A DNA stretch of 64,000 nucleotides from Azolla caroliniana (GCA_043228905.1 JBHGNT010000009.1:2108001-2172000), one strand, 5' to 3'. Positions 1 to 14,500 are shown, counted from the stretch's first letter. Notes: generated from the letters alone by a model not told the origin. Numbers and translations are program-made.

Positions 1-126
1 AAAACTTCTTCCCTAGTGGTTCAAAGAAGAAAAAGGCAAGGCGTAGAAGAAAAGGGTATCATGTTTGTAAGAGAGATCAAACTGTTCCTTTAAATATCCT
101 TATGCACTTATTTCTTCCTGCAAAAG

Positions 127-556
127 TAACAATCGGCAACGGTTCGGTTCGATTTGAGAGGGTCCAAACCAAACTGTTTAATTTGTTTGAAACCGGAACC
201 AAACCAAACCAAACCACGAAACCGTAAAACAGAACTGGTAAACCATTAAACCATAAAAACCGTGGTTTCATGGTTCAATTTCGGTTTTCAACATAGGTCT
301 ATTTTTTATTTTTTATTTTTAAAAATTTATAATATTTCATTTTTAAATTTTTTTAAAATGTTACTAAAATGTGAGAATAAGGTCTAAAAATGAAAAGATT
401 GTTTAAAAACAATTTTCTAAAATTTTTAGAATTTTTTAAAAATTAGTTAGATTTGTTTTTAAAAAGAAATTTAAAAAATAAAAAATAAAAAACCATTAAA
501 CCGCGGTTTTGCGGTTCAATTCGGTTCGGTTCAAACTGAACCGTTGCTGATTGTTA
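127..556. mobile_element. hAT-type MITE (non-autonomous DNA transposon)
   Basis: Imperfect ~26-bp TIRs (taacaatcggcaacggttcggttcga / tcaaactgaaccgttgctgattgtta), exact 8-bp TSD TGCAAAAG at 119-126 and 557-564, many subterminal AACCG/CGGTT motifs, AT-rich non-coding core. An 8-bp TSD is characteristic of hAT. Confidence 0.85.
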
Positions 557-3500
557 TGCAAAAGAGAGGATCTGCTATATACCCCTAAATGTTTAAAACA
601 AAAAACTCAAACTTTGGTCAAGAATGTATATCATTATACACGTCAAGAACTTCCATATGTTTGTTACATGATATAAACATTTGGCAAAATTCCAATTTCC
701 ATTTGACAAGAAATTTTACATTAAAACAATGTAGTCATTACACTCTTGAAATATTAGGTTAAGTGATATCAATTTATATACATCCATCCTTCCCACTACA
801 TAACAAACTCATCCCCCTACTTTTTAAAATCTCCATTGTATGCTACCTTTTATCAACTTATCTTGAGGTTTTGGATAAGTACATATATTGGCTTTATGGA
901 AGATATTGTAGGTGAGGGAATACAAAAGAGAGGAAATTAATTTGTTACTTTCTTGCAATGAAGAATGCATTCAATGCAAAAATGAATTTGTGTTATAACA
1001 TAATATGGTTGAAATTTAGATTCTAATGAACATGATAATGGAGTTTGACACAAAGTAGTGTGAATTTGTCAACATCAACAATGTAAGATACACTAATTTA
1101 GTCTCCATTCGATTGCCAAACATTGTAGTAACAATTACCTCACATGGTCCACCACTTCCACACAATCATTGAAGAAAACATGCAACCCTTTTGAGTTCCA
1201 CACACTTCAACAACAAGAATCATTGAGCCACACTTATTTGTGCTATTTATCTATCTATTGTGTGAGTTACTCAAGAGTAAGAACTAAAAGGTTACTACTT
1301 CACCGGCGTACCTAAATTACATTTGCTTCACTCAAAGGATTATTTTTTATGTCACTCTCAATACATGTGTTGTGGAATACATCCAGTCCATCATAGAGTG
1401 TAGATATTCCTCCAACCCACTTCTAGATTTCTATGTGTATCAAATGTTAATATATTGTGAAATCACAATATGATGCCTTAGACTTGTATATGCATATTTG
1501 TGTCTATGTCTATGTGTTATGATGCAGTTAATGACGTAACCATTGCGTCAAGCTAGGAAATTCAATAAACATATTATTGTTGGCACTCTAACCCATACAT
1601 TTCAATGATAAGTTAACTAGAAAACGATAAAGCAATAAGGCACTCTTTGAAATAGATGAAGCATTGAAGTGAGCAAACATTTTAAAAAACAATCACATGG
1701 AAACTATTTCTTACCTTGCCCCATCCAACATGCAAAAAAGCTACATGGTTCATAATAATGGCTTTGTGTGGGTATGCATGTATCATGTATGTATGTATAT
1801 ATATATACATATACATGTATATTTCAATTAGTATTCCTTATCTTGAAAACAATAGACTCTTTGATTAAGACATCATATGCTATTCTTTGCTTTTATGTTA
1901 CTAGTGTGGTTTCTATGGAGGACCCCTTTTATGAGCGATGAATGCAAGTCATACGGATATTACAATCAATGCAAAAACTTGTACATTATCAACTCAAATC
2001 TAGTATTTGGATGGCCTTAAGAAAAGAGACTTGTTGAGAGTATACAAGACAACGTTGACTTTTGTTTATGAAATAATATAAGGATGATAACAATAGTTTT
2101 TGCAACAAGAGGTAACAGCTTATTTCTTGCGCATGCTAGATGTTGCACGATAATTGTCAACATATATGGGAGTCAATGAAAGAAAATGTAATAAGACAAT
2201 GACATGGCATCGTGGCCATGACAATAAAAAATGGCATTGTATGCTAATTAATAAGATGTTTGAAAATTACACAATCAAATAGGAAATTATATTTTTTATG
2301 AAATAATCTCCTATAGTAATGATAGACTTTGCATGATCGGTGTGTGACTAGATATACACGGAATGCATGGCAAACAATATGATTATGTTGATCATAAAAT
2401 GGGCAATACACTTACACAAATATAACGATTCAATTGGAAAATTGGTTAAGCATGGGCAATACACTTATATGCAAATCCCATGCTTGAATAGTTATCCCGC
2501 CATTGCAACCTAAACCCACCATTGTTATCACATCTCAATATCAACGCAAGACAATGTCTCAAGACATATAAGTGATGTATTGCTGATAGAATGGAAGGCA
2601 TGTATCAAACCGTTATTGAAATGCAATGATTGTTACAAAAAAAGAGATCATATAATGATGATGACAAAACATGGTGGGATGGCAACGGAGTAAGCCATGA
2701 CGATGGTGAAATGGATTTAAGTACACGAGTCTAAATCTTACGGAGTATGGTAGGAAGGTTACCACCTTTATACATGATAGCATGAATGCAAGATAGCAAC
2801 ACTTACTTACACATGAGCAAGAGTTAACTTGACTCATATGCACGATATAACTTTCAATGTGTGTGGAAGGAGCTTGTGCGATAGCACGAAAGGAAAGTAG
2901 CCTCCAAATATGGGTGTTAGACAAGAAAAAATGGATAGCTTGAAATGATGGTAAAACAAGACAATTAAACTCATATGGGAAGGAAATTCTTTCCTCTCAT
3001 ATAAATGGTATAATTGATTGCATGAAAGGAAGGTTCATAAGCTTGGGTTCTTGTACATGATTGGAAGATAACCTTGAATCTTATACATGATATAATGGAT
3101 AAAGGAATGTAGACTCAAACCTTATACACGATATATTTGATCATAGCATATACTAAAAGAACAAGAGTTTGTCACCTCAACGTCACTAATACTTTACGTC
3201 ATTGAAAGCATGAAGGGGAGGAGTTTTTTTTGTATACATTATATCATTGGTAGTAGGAAACAACACGAAGACACGCGATACGGTCATGGATTGGCACGAT
3301 TAATGGGAGGGAGGATAGAAGGTTATTACGAAAGACTTGAAGAAAAACAGTAGTTGGGTGAGAAAAATTTGTTGTGGAGGGGGTGGGGGGGGGGGGGGGG
3401 GGCATTTTAAGCGTGGGTGAGATTTTGGTTGGAGAGGGTGCAAAGAGGGAGGATTCAAGATGTGGGTGAGAACGTTTTTTTTGCAATGGAGGGGGGAGAG

Positions 3501-3756
3501 GGAAAGAGGTTGGTTTGTTATGAGTAGAATTTTTGTTCATGGGGGAGGTTGGAAAAGGGAGAGAAGGGGAGATGGGGGGGGGGGGGGGGGATAAATGTGT
3601 AAATTTTTGAAACCTAAAAAAATAAAGGGAGAAAAGAAAAAGAACAAGAACAAATAATATGAACCAAGTAAGTTGCTAGGAGTGGGTTCACACGGAGTGT
3701 GGGCAAAAACCCTGACATTGACGGACGGACGGACGTTAGTTATAGGGGCGGAGCCG

Positions 3757-4296
3757 TTAGCAAACGTCGGCGCGCTGGCGGCGCATCTCCAGGACGCGGC
3801 GGTGCGAATTGGAGTGAATGGCTTCCACGAACGTGGGGCTGGCGGCCGGCCGATACTCCGGCAGGAGACGCCCCGATTTGTAGCGGACGCCGCACGCGTT
3901 GCACAGGGTTTTGGGGCCCAGTGGCCCCGCCCTCCACTGAGGCGTCCGTTGGCTCCCGCAATGCACACAACTCCTTACGCCCGCCCATGCCGATGCCGAT
4001 GCCGATGCCGATACCGATATCGATATACCCCTCCTCCGCTCTTCTCCTGCTCCCAATTCCTCTTCTTCCTCCAATCCTCAATCTCTTCTTCTTCTTCTTC
4101 TTCTTCTTCTTCTTTTTCTTCTCCTCCTCCTCCTCCTCCTTATCACTGTTATTAGCACCAGTGTGAAGAGTCGTAATTCTATACTTGTGCCTCTCCTCAA
4201 ACCCCTTGACCATCTTCTTCGCCTTCGCATTTGACCTTGACCTTGACCTTGACTTCCTATCCCAGACTGTCTGCTCTTCTACTGACTCGGTTTCTT

Positions 4297-4327
<31 letters not shown>
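3757..4327 (-). CDS. GATA zinc-finger transcription factor, plant class A (partial; 5' end in assembly gap, apparent frameshift near 3981)
   Basis: 3757..~3980 encodes [47 protein letters not shown]...[14 protein letters not shown] (C-x2-C-x18-C-x2-C plus the class-A C-terminal motif). Upstream plausible coding ([32 protein letters not shown]...) is in another frame and runs into the N gap. Confidence 0.85.
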
Positions 4328-4427
4328 NNNNNNNNNNNNNNNNNNNNNNNNNNNNNNNNNNNNNNNNNNNNNNNNNNNNNNNNNNNNNNNNNNNNNNNNN
4401 NNNNNNNNNNNNNNNNNNNNNNNNNNN
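4328..4427. other. Assembly gap (100 N)
   Basis: Run of exactly 100 N between a (TTC)n tract and a poly-G tract; true size unknown. Confidence 0.95.
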
Positions 4428-4603
4428 AAAAGGAGGGTGAGGGGGGGGGGGGGTTAGATATATAAATTGGAGGAAAAGGGAATAATTACGCAGGAATGGA
4501 GGAAGGGGAGATTGTTCACGAGGAGTGACGCGCGCCCTCGGCGAGCAGGAGCAGCAGAGAAGGCGAAGCCAGTAAGTAATAAAAAGGAGAAAGAAAGAAC
4601 AAT

Positions 4604-4645
<42 letters not shown>

Positions 4646-5425
4646 AGCCCACACGGAAACGAACAGAAAGAGAGAGGGAGGAATTAAAGGGGGGAGAGAG
4701 AGCCTCCTCTTTCTCGAGAGAGAGAGAGAGAGAGAGAGAGTTGTTGGCAGTTTTTATTTTATTTCTTTAGCCTTGCGATTCTCTCTTTCTTCTTCTTCTT
4801 TTTATTCAAAAATTTTGAGGGATTAAAATCCTAGAAACAAACAAATATGTATTTATTTGTAAAAATTGTTTTCTTTTTCTTATTTTATTTTGGGCGGACG
4901 GATTGGAGTGGGGGGGGGGGGGGGGGGGGGTCACTCATCTCACCGTCGTGCACACTGCGTGCTGCTCTCTCTCTCTCTCGTTTCTTCATGGCCTCCCTTC
5001 CGCCGCTATCTCTAGCGGCGGACCCCCGTTAAGTCTAGCGGCTGTCTCCTCCTTCCACATTTAGCGCTTCCCTCATTCCCATCCGTTTGTTTAGCCCCCC
5101 CCCCCCCCCCCCCTTCCCCGCCCCCCTCAACACACACCGTCTATTTTATCTAATTTATAATTACCTTCCTTATATATTAATCATTTATCTTCTATCCCAA
5201 TGCAATCTTTTTAATTTTGATTTTTATCACCCCCCCCCCCCCCCCCCTTCTCTCCCAACCCACAAAACCTTAGCCTTTCTCTTCTTCTTTTTTAAATACC
5301 ATTATCTTCCAACTTTTGTCAAAATGCTACTCTTTCTTTCTTTTTCCCTTTTCCTGTTTTTTTAAGTCTACTTTGCCAAGAATGCCCCCCCTTTCCCTCC
5401 TCCTCCTCCTCCTCCTCCTCCTCCC

Positions 5426-5486
<61 letters not shown>

Positions 5487-5500
5487 ATCTTTTTATATTT
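4428..5500 (-). promoter_or_regulatory. GA/CT-repeat- and G/C-run-rich 5' UTR/promoter of the GATA gene
   Basis: (GA)n at ~4607-4641 and ~4716-4740, (CT)n(CA)n at ~5428-5485, poly-G/C runs at ~4910-4931, ~5095-5113 and ~5230-5247, directly upstream of the GATA CDS. Regulatory role is inferred from position. Confidence 0.5.
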
Positions 5501-8500
5501 CTTGTTGAATCTCACGAAAATGCCACGCGTTTTCTGCTTACGTAATTCATATTGGAGGAACCCCGGCTCGATTTGAACACGTTAAGCAAGCATTGCGCTC
5601 ACTATGCTAGCTATATGCGAATTTGAGATCTAATGACATAATATGGTTTTGATTCATCAGGGTTTGGGCATCTCTTCATTAATCGAGAACCATGTCGTTG
5701 CTTAAACGACATGAACTTAAAGCAACATGCCATCAGTTAACTCAATACCACGATTAAGTATAAAAAAAGGGAAAAAAAAAGTGAAGGTTTAGCAAATACA
5801 CAAGCTTGTGTGGCATTTCCAAAAACTTTCTCTATGATAAAAATACTTCGTAAAACCTTAGCTACATTCGAGGGTTTTCAACTTTAGCCTTGCACTAACG
5901 TTACTCTGAAAACAAAACCTCCTTTAGTAATCAATTAATAATAGGGATGCTTCCCAACTTCCGAATTCAAAATGTTATTATTACTAGCCAACTACCTATA
6001 ACACCTCATGAGCCTTCAAGGACGTGCTCAGGAAATGGAAGCATATTCTATTGTGTTACGCCCACATGCGTTCCCCAATTTCATGGCTTCTCGTCCCAAA
6101 AAATATGTTTTCTACAAAGTAAATTTGTAATCTTTTTGCTTCAAATGTGACTTACCTCTTTATCTCTTTTGGAATCCATACACTTTAGCTTTTGAAACAC
6201 TTGGATATTTATTTCTATGTGTGAACAATTCTTACCTTTCGTTCCTATATATGTCATAACGTGGATCTTCGATCAGTTGAACTACCCCCACTGCACATTT
6301 TTAATCTTTCATGGTACCCCTATGTTAGTTGCTCTCTTTTCATTTGTTGGTTGGGCCACAACACAAAACTAATTGGGTTGCACCATTATGTAGAGTACTC
6401 GAGTTTTCTTTAACTTTTCTCAACTAGTCTTCCCTTTTTCAAGCATTGTGATAAACTAAAAACCTAAACATTAGAATTCCTTACAATGCTTAAGATTTGA
6501 CGATATACATTCTAAAGTGAAAAATTTTCAGAGTTAGTTAACAGTTCGCAATCGTGGTTCCAATTGTGTATAATTAAAATTGTCGTAGATAAAACAAACT
6601 CTAGCTCGATCTCAAGCCATGCTGACCCAATCCATCTCAAATTCCTTACTCATTAATTGTTAGGATGTAATCTTGTCATTTGTATGGTCTAACGAAGTAA
6701 TGTGATAGGCAAACTCGCTCTCGAACCTAAAGTAATTTAAGTGGTGCATCATAGAGGTGACTTCCATGCATGATCATTGGGCTAACAAACGATTCAACTC
6801 ATGCATGTGAACCTTGGGTATGCATCCACACATCGCCTCACATCTAACAATTCATCCATGAACCTTTGCACCTATAGGTATCCAACTCATGCATATCACT
6901 AGCATACACTAATGAAGTGTAAGGGATGGTAGTATCCTACAACACAACTTATTTTGTGAATAGGGTAAGAGATGGTAGTATCCTACATCATGACTTATTT
7001 TGTGAATAGGCATTCAACAAAGTCTTATCTAACTATTTGTAGCTACATGTGACGTGATAATCTTGAAACAAACAATTTCCAACTATAAAGGTTGCCTATA
7101 ATAAAGCTATCCCATGTGCACAATTAGGTATTTGAAATGTGTGTCTGCATATATATTAACCATACGGTTCCTTTCTTGCCCTAAAACTACAAAATGTATG
7201 CACCTTCAACTTTGGTAAGATCATTTCGTTCAATTTTTATCCAAAGTCAAACCATGCATATATTTATTACACTATGAAGTTTATTACAATATTAATGCAC
7301 GTCGTCCTTTGTGGGGGGAACATGCATGAATGCACCTACTTACACATGTTGCTTCACAAAACTTCAAATGCTCGCAACTTGTATGAACCAATGGATGAAT
7401 AATTATTTGAGTATTTGATTTCACATATTTCGCTCCAAGATTTCATGATGATTTTTTTTTTGAAGAGACGATTCATGATAGTTATTGGTGCTCATAATAG
7501 TTATGAATTATGTTTGAAGCAACTTTAGTAGAGACATATATAATTTCGAATATTTTTTCCATCTTGTTTGGATAAATAATCTTCATCAATGTTAGTGATT
7601 TGAAATTGGTGCACATGGAAGCTTGTTGTTAAAGAGTGTTTTTTTTTGTAACCCAATGAAGTTAAAAACTAATTGTAAGAGTTATCAAGAGGATACACCC
7701 AAGGACTCCTCAAATGTCAAGGGCATGATGAAGTACCATGTTGAGAATTACAATTACACTACGTAAGGATCTATATTCGTTTGAGCAATATGAATCCATA
7801 TACTTTTACTGCGTCCTCTAGGGTTCTTGCTTGGGGGACTATGTCATCTACAAGAGTTTCTTTGTTTTAAGATTCTTAAAATCCTGAAGTAACTACATGA
7901 TTGAAATTTATTGGAATACTTGATGAACAATCGAGATGAATACGAAGTCATGAACTAATCTAATGTCAATTGCCATAACATGAAACAATAACAAAGTGAC
8001 AATGATATTTCCTAAAATTCTTTCACTTTCAATTCACAAAGGATTTTGTGTCTACTTAACTAAAAAAATTATGGTAATATCTAAAGCCTATAGAACCACA
8101 CTTCCTTACAACCATTAAAAAATGAGATAAACCAAGTAATGACCATATATATGTATGCTATCGTGTGCATGAAGGCAATGTGCACCCAAAATATTGTGGT
8201 TTTCTTTGTGATCAATGTCACATTTAATCTTTTGTGTAACTACTAAACCACCATAAGTATCTTAAGGACTACGTATCACATCCTTAACTCAACAAATTGC
8301 CTTTGGATATGGACAGCTAAAATGTCACAAACTCCAAACCGTGCATAAGTTCCACAACTTGTGCAAACTCATATATTTGAGGATATCAATATACTGCATG
8401 CTTACGTAGGACAAGGAATTTAATAGTACTATGACTTCATGTACAAGAAAGAATTGTATGAAGGAACACAATCTTTTATATTTCTTTTGTGCTTATGAGA

Positions 8501-11500
8501 TGGATAACTTTCACAAGGGTTTGTTAGTTACTTCAAGAACGTGGCAACACCTAAAAAGGCGTCTCTACTATCAAAGACCTTTACTTGGAACAAATAAGCT
8601 AGATACTATCCATTGATGGGCCACACACACAGAGAGTTTTGTCACAATGAAGTGTGTTCTTTATTTATGTTGCTCTGTAGCTATGGTCAAATTGAGGGGA
8701 GCTTTAAAGTGAAAATTAAAGTTTCTTCGTGACTTTTGAACACTCTTTTCTCTTGCCAAAGGGGAAAACCTGGACACGCGTTATTAGGTGCACAAGACCA
8801 TTTAGATATTGAGAATGAACTTTAAATGATATAATTTGGTTTATAGATCCAATATGTTGAGATTAAGGATGGTGTATAGGAACTTACGAGGCTAGTGAGG
8901 GGTAGGCCGATGGGTAGTAATTTCTTGATTCAACAGTCCGATTGTGTCAATGTGTGTATTGGCATTGGCATGCATGTTGTTGAATTATGAGGTAACATAT
9001 TTTCCAATCGATTTTGTTTTTGACTTGAGAATAACATAAATATTGACTTAAACCAATCCCTTTAATTTATTAAACTAAAAGACTTTTGGGTTTAAAAAAT
9101 AATAGTTACTGAAAAAACCAAATCTCGATTCCCTTCTTTCAATTCCTTGCATTTGAGATTTTACCTATTTTTAATCCGTTTTTAAAAAATAGAAAGAGAA
9201 ATAAATGCAATTTCTTTTATTGCCTTATTAATTTGTTTCTATTGGTTTTTTTTTTCCCTTCTTTCTCTTCACGCCAAAAATATATTTGAGTGGGAGAATC
9301 AGATTTCATCGGCCATTAAATTTGAGTTTTCCGGATTTGCCACGTGGCGGACAAACCGCTCCAAGCTTCTTCCTTCTCTCTAAACGCATTAAAAATAAGG
9401 AAAGAAAAACAAATGAGTGGCGTAACGCCCAAAAGTTCAAAACCTTTCACCTTCTCACTTCTCTTCTCTTCTCTTCACTTGTGTGATGGATAATCAATGA
9501 ATCGGGCATTGCACATGCCTGCCCATAAACACCCCTTTTTGGCGGAACCGAGCTGAGTGTACACACTTGATATGTCCACAAGCAACTCACATTGTGTGTT
9601 CCCCTGACACTCGATATGTCCACATGCAACACACATTGTGTGTTCCCCTATCCGCAAGTAGTAGTTCGCACACTACTTTCCTTCCTCCCATCATTGTTCA
9701 TTAGGTAGCCTTGGAGTTCCTCTGTCGCAGTGTGTGTGGGATGTAGCAAATGAGCGAATGGGTGGGACTTATGTCGGATGTAAAGCCACGATTGTTGATC
9801 TCACAATTAGAGCTAAGCAAAACATTAGAGGGTTTACAATTTTAACCCTATCAATGGACTAAGTAACTTTCATGTTGATTTTAGCTCGAGTGGTCTTATG
9901 TTTCAATGGAAAACACAAATAAGAGGTGTAACCAAATATTATAGTACATTTTTACAACGGAACATTTACATAGCTAGGTTTTTTTCATCTTGATAAAAGT
10001 ACAAATACTTTTAAGAGACAATATACACTTTTGAATCATGAAAAGTATAACTAAGAGTTTATGACAATGCAACATACACAAAGGGTATATCAAAGAATAA
10101 GAGAGGAAATGGATATTGCAAGTGACAATGAGATACAATCAAGGACATTGCTTATAGTTCATGATTGGGAGAATGCACATTGACTCATTGTTTGGTGGTT
10201 AAATGTATTTTTTTCTAGGCACTTTGTGTTTTGATGCTAAAAGCTTTGGCCAACAAACTAAAAGTTTGGCATTGTCATGTTGAGCAAAGTAAAGAGTTGT
10301 TTTTTTGGAGATTGGTCTTTCAATACAGGTAAGTCTTGTTGCAATTTGAGCTACGTCATAGGAGATAATTTCCTTGTGGTTTTTCAATAAAGACACTCAT
10401 GAATTCAAGTTCAGTCTCAACCCACACGAGAGGTTATGCTATTGTCTATTTCCAAATAATCATCATTAAAAGCGTAACAACTTTAATCATTATGGGTCGT
10501 AGAGGCATGTATCCAACCTTAACCATTGGGAAGGTTTTAGAATTCAACAAACCATGTGAAAATCTATGGTCAAACGATTGGAACTTATTTTTCATGATGA
10601 AAGGTGTTGAATGTGTTTGATGTTTTACGGAAGAGCTCTTGGAAAGTTAGTGAGAGAGAGAGAGAGAGAGAGAGAGCATGAGGAATATTGGTACAAAAAG
10701 ACATTTTATGCACATCTTTATCTCATACATGAACAATAACCTTATGGAAGATTGATCCTAGTGAAAAATGTTACGTATAAGTTGTTATTGCTTAGATGGA
10801 ATTGACAAGAACAAGGGTCACGAGTTGGAGGCGACAAGCACGACTGCCAAGCAAATTGTATGTTTTTGATGGAGTGTAGATTGTGTCGTTGTATTGCGTG
10901 GTCTATTTTAGGTCATTTCCTTTGGGCATTCCATTCTTAGGAAATAAGCATATCATGGTCACACATAGGTTCTCTAATTTTAGTAGAAAAACATAGTTCA
11001 TGCTCACACATGTTCTCTTGTTTTGAAAAAAAATGTAATTAATACTCACACATAGGTTCTCTATTTTGAGGAAAAACCTGCATTTTATTCTCACATATCT
11101 AAATTTCTAATGTATAAAAAAGGAGTGTTCCCCTTGGTGACCTCCAAGTAGATAAACAAATGCTAGTCATGGATGTTAATTAATTTGTCTTTTGATAATC
11201 ATGAAGCTCACGGAGAGGCTCTACATCACATCCCCACACACATTTAATAAGAAAAAAGGGGAAGTTCCCCCCTAGTGATCTTGAAGTAGATAAACACTAG
11301 TCTTGGATGTTAGTCATTTTGTCTTGGAATCTACCTTAAAGTTTAATCATTCGTTTTATTGCATTGTTGTCTCCCTTATATTCATCTCTTCTATTGCATT
11401 TTCTGATTCTTCTAGTTTGAATATGCTCTCTTTCTCATCCCATGATTCTATCTTTTGATGTATGTGATGTAACGAGTATGGTTTTAGAGGCCACTCTCGT

Positions 11501-14500
11501 AGCTCTGTCTTGCTCTCTTTTTTCTCATGCATCCCTCTCGTATATCACCTCTTCCAATTCCTCTTGCCGAAATCCATTACTTCTCATCCTCTCATCCAAT
11601 CTTTTGACATTTGTGATAGAATGCCTATGGATCCAATCCACATGTGATCGTCACTCATCTCTTCTCTTACCAATAGGTTTCACATCATGCTCTCTTTATT
11701 CATACACATGGAGTTCCTTACGGATCCATGACACATATCACAAAACTATAACTCCTATGAGGGATAACAACACCATGCCACACGACATGCTAACTTTTCC
11801 TGGAAACTATTAGGTTATCTATGTATTAAGTGTTGGGTTTAAATTTTTTCAAGGAAAATAATGTCGTATTCTTTGATTTTAATATCTTTGTGGGCCATAA
11901 TATTTCCGATGCAAATAGTTGGTCATAGGCCAATTATATACAAGAAACATGGTCTTATTATAATTTGTGGTGAATTATTTTTAAGTGGCAATGAGAAACC
12001 CAATGAGCGTGTACTGTGAATGAGGACATTTCAGGTTTCCAACTTGTATAAAAGGATAAGAGCACTCATGTAAAACAAACTATTGGGTACCCCAACTTTA
12101 GGCTCCTTTTGGACCTCATTCCCTTTACGTTCACTAAGAGTCACTTTTCTCCATATAGTTTTTTACACTAATTATTTGAGATAAATATGTTTTTTTACTT
12201 AACAATTATCTATCTAATTGACAACATGATGTATTTCTTATATAATAATTATCTATTTAATAAACAAATTACTTTATATGTAGTGATTAGGTGTGTTTCA
12301 ACATTATTTTAACTTTAAGAAGCACTTGAGGCTTCCACAATTACATGGAGTGGAGAGGCAACCCCAACACCTTGGTTAGCTCATCATGAGCAAGTAGCCC
12401 CTTGGGACTCGAGAATGACCCTTCAAAGTGCAAAACTTCACTATGTGAGTGATGTTGGCCCCATCAAGTAAACATTATTTCAATCTTTGCTTTCACACAT
12501 CTTTGTTACACAATATATCACCTTTTAAATGAGCAAAGAAAACCAAAATCATTGGCCAACATGATAGATAACACAATATAGTCAAGCTTGAAGGAGCATG
12601 TTGAGATAAGAAGCTCAAATGTTCACACTTTGTGTGAAGACATTGATGTTGGGGCATATGTGTACATTAAAAATCATCTCCCTTGTCACACCGTTGTTGT
12701 AAGTCTACAAGTTACAACCATCCTTGTTGTATCTAAGAGAATAATTAGCTAATAAGAAGTAAGGCTTCAAAGAAGCGTCTTTGTTGATTAGCAACAACAA
12801 TAGACGACATCACTAATTTATTCTCTTCTCCCACTTATGTTGCTTGTTGTTTGTATAACTAATACACATAGGAGTACGTTGCTTTGCCCTTCTAATCCTC
12901 ATTGTAGTGAAGTTATGCACGTGTGAGTGGAACCACCAAGGACTAGAACTAGGAAGACAACGTCCTCCTTAAGGAACATCGACGATAAGTTTTCTATCCG
13001 ATTTCTTGAAATGCTTGTCCTTGTAGTTTTCCTTTCACATGAATGTAAGATGTTCTTCAAGTACCACTATCCTCAAGGATATTAACTTATTTATTCCTAT
13101 GTACATATATGGTGCTTATGTGGAAACTTGTATGTAGGAGAATTTGTATTGGTATGTTGGGTGTATACATATTTGCCGTTACATGCATATGTATGTTTTT
13201 GTGTATATATGTACAAGATGTATGCGTTTATATTTGTATCCATATGTGTATGAATGTGAGAGATATATATGTATGTGAGTAAGTCTAAGTTTAGGTTTAT
13301 AGATAGTTTTTTTTTTTCCCCAAAAAAAACACTATTTCCCATTAGTTAGCAAAAGAAGTACATCAAAGATCAGCCATAATCAAAACAACATAATCCCCAC
13401 CCTACTATTTGCAACAAAAGTATTTGTAGATAGTTAACTATATGTATTTGCTTCTGTATGTTTATACGTGCATGTACATGTGTTTAGATTTATGGTTGTA
13501 TTTGTTTGTATAAGCATGCTTATGTATATGCTTATATCTCAGTGTGTGTATTACATATGAATGAGTTTGTGTATGCTAATGTGTAGAAGTACATCCAAGT
13601 GAACGTGCAAATATATTGGTCTGACTTTTGTGTTTGTGAATATGTACTAGTATATGAGTTTATGCATGGGTTGTTATGTATACTTGTATGTGTAAGGATG
13701 TGTGTGTTGGTGTGTATGAGTCTTTATCTAAATGGGAGTATATGTCTATGTGGTTTATTTATTTATGTGTGGGCATATATGAAAAGAATAATTTAATTTA
13801 TGTGATTATGGGTGAAGTCAACAGTTGGGGCCTAAACTTAAAATCAAGCATTGCAAGCTCAAGGGCTTTTGAATCCTTAACATTGGATGTCAACCCTCAA
13901 GGATTTGGGAACACCATTGAGGATTGGGAGCTTGCCCAAGCCTCAAAGGCTCTACACTCTTATGTAAGAGTGAAGTCTCGAGAATAGTGAGCTTGAATGC
14001 CCCTCCTAGAGGATTAAGATTGAGTTGACACTCAAGGGTTAAGGGTTAGGACCTTGAACACTTCACTCAGTGGGTTGATAGCTCGGGTTCTTGCGCAACT
14101 GTTAGCCAGTCAGATTGACCAAGCTAGCCAAAGTATGTAGGTCGACAAACTAGTATAATGATAGTCGAAATAGTAGTAGTAATCGTAGTCATAATTGATG
14201 AGTGTGAAAGGAGATAGTTGAAAATTATTATCACCAAGTAGAAAAAATAGGACAGTTAGTTCTAACTGTAGGTTCTTGCCGAATGGCAATTGTATTTTCT
14301 TGAGAAAGGCTCTCAAGTCACCTATAAAGAAGGGGTCGGGAGCATTGTAACAGAAGTTTAATATAATTTTTGTTAGTTAGAGTATATTTTGTGTCTTGGA
14401 CTACCATTCAAAATTTCTCTTACTCGGAATACATATAGCTAACAATCGATCATAATAATATATGGTGATTCAATGTATGTGTTATGTTTACTCGTGTTTA

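Noticed and set aside
3244-5576. Many overlapping short ORFs with poly-P, poly-R, ERER or SLSL tracts
   Set aside because: Translations of microsatellites and homopolymers, or antisense shadows of the GATA CDS.
6920-11330. Small local duplications (~6925-7010, ~10960-11100, ~11125-11325)
   Set aside because: Ordinary short tandem duplications in decayed intergenic DNA; no TIR, TSD or structure seen.
11340-11820. Coiled-coil-like minus-strand peptide relic and the 123-aa plus-strand ORF
   Set aside because: Interrupted by stops with no recognisable domain; probably decayed TE and cannot be classified.
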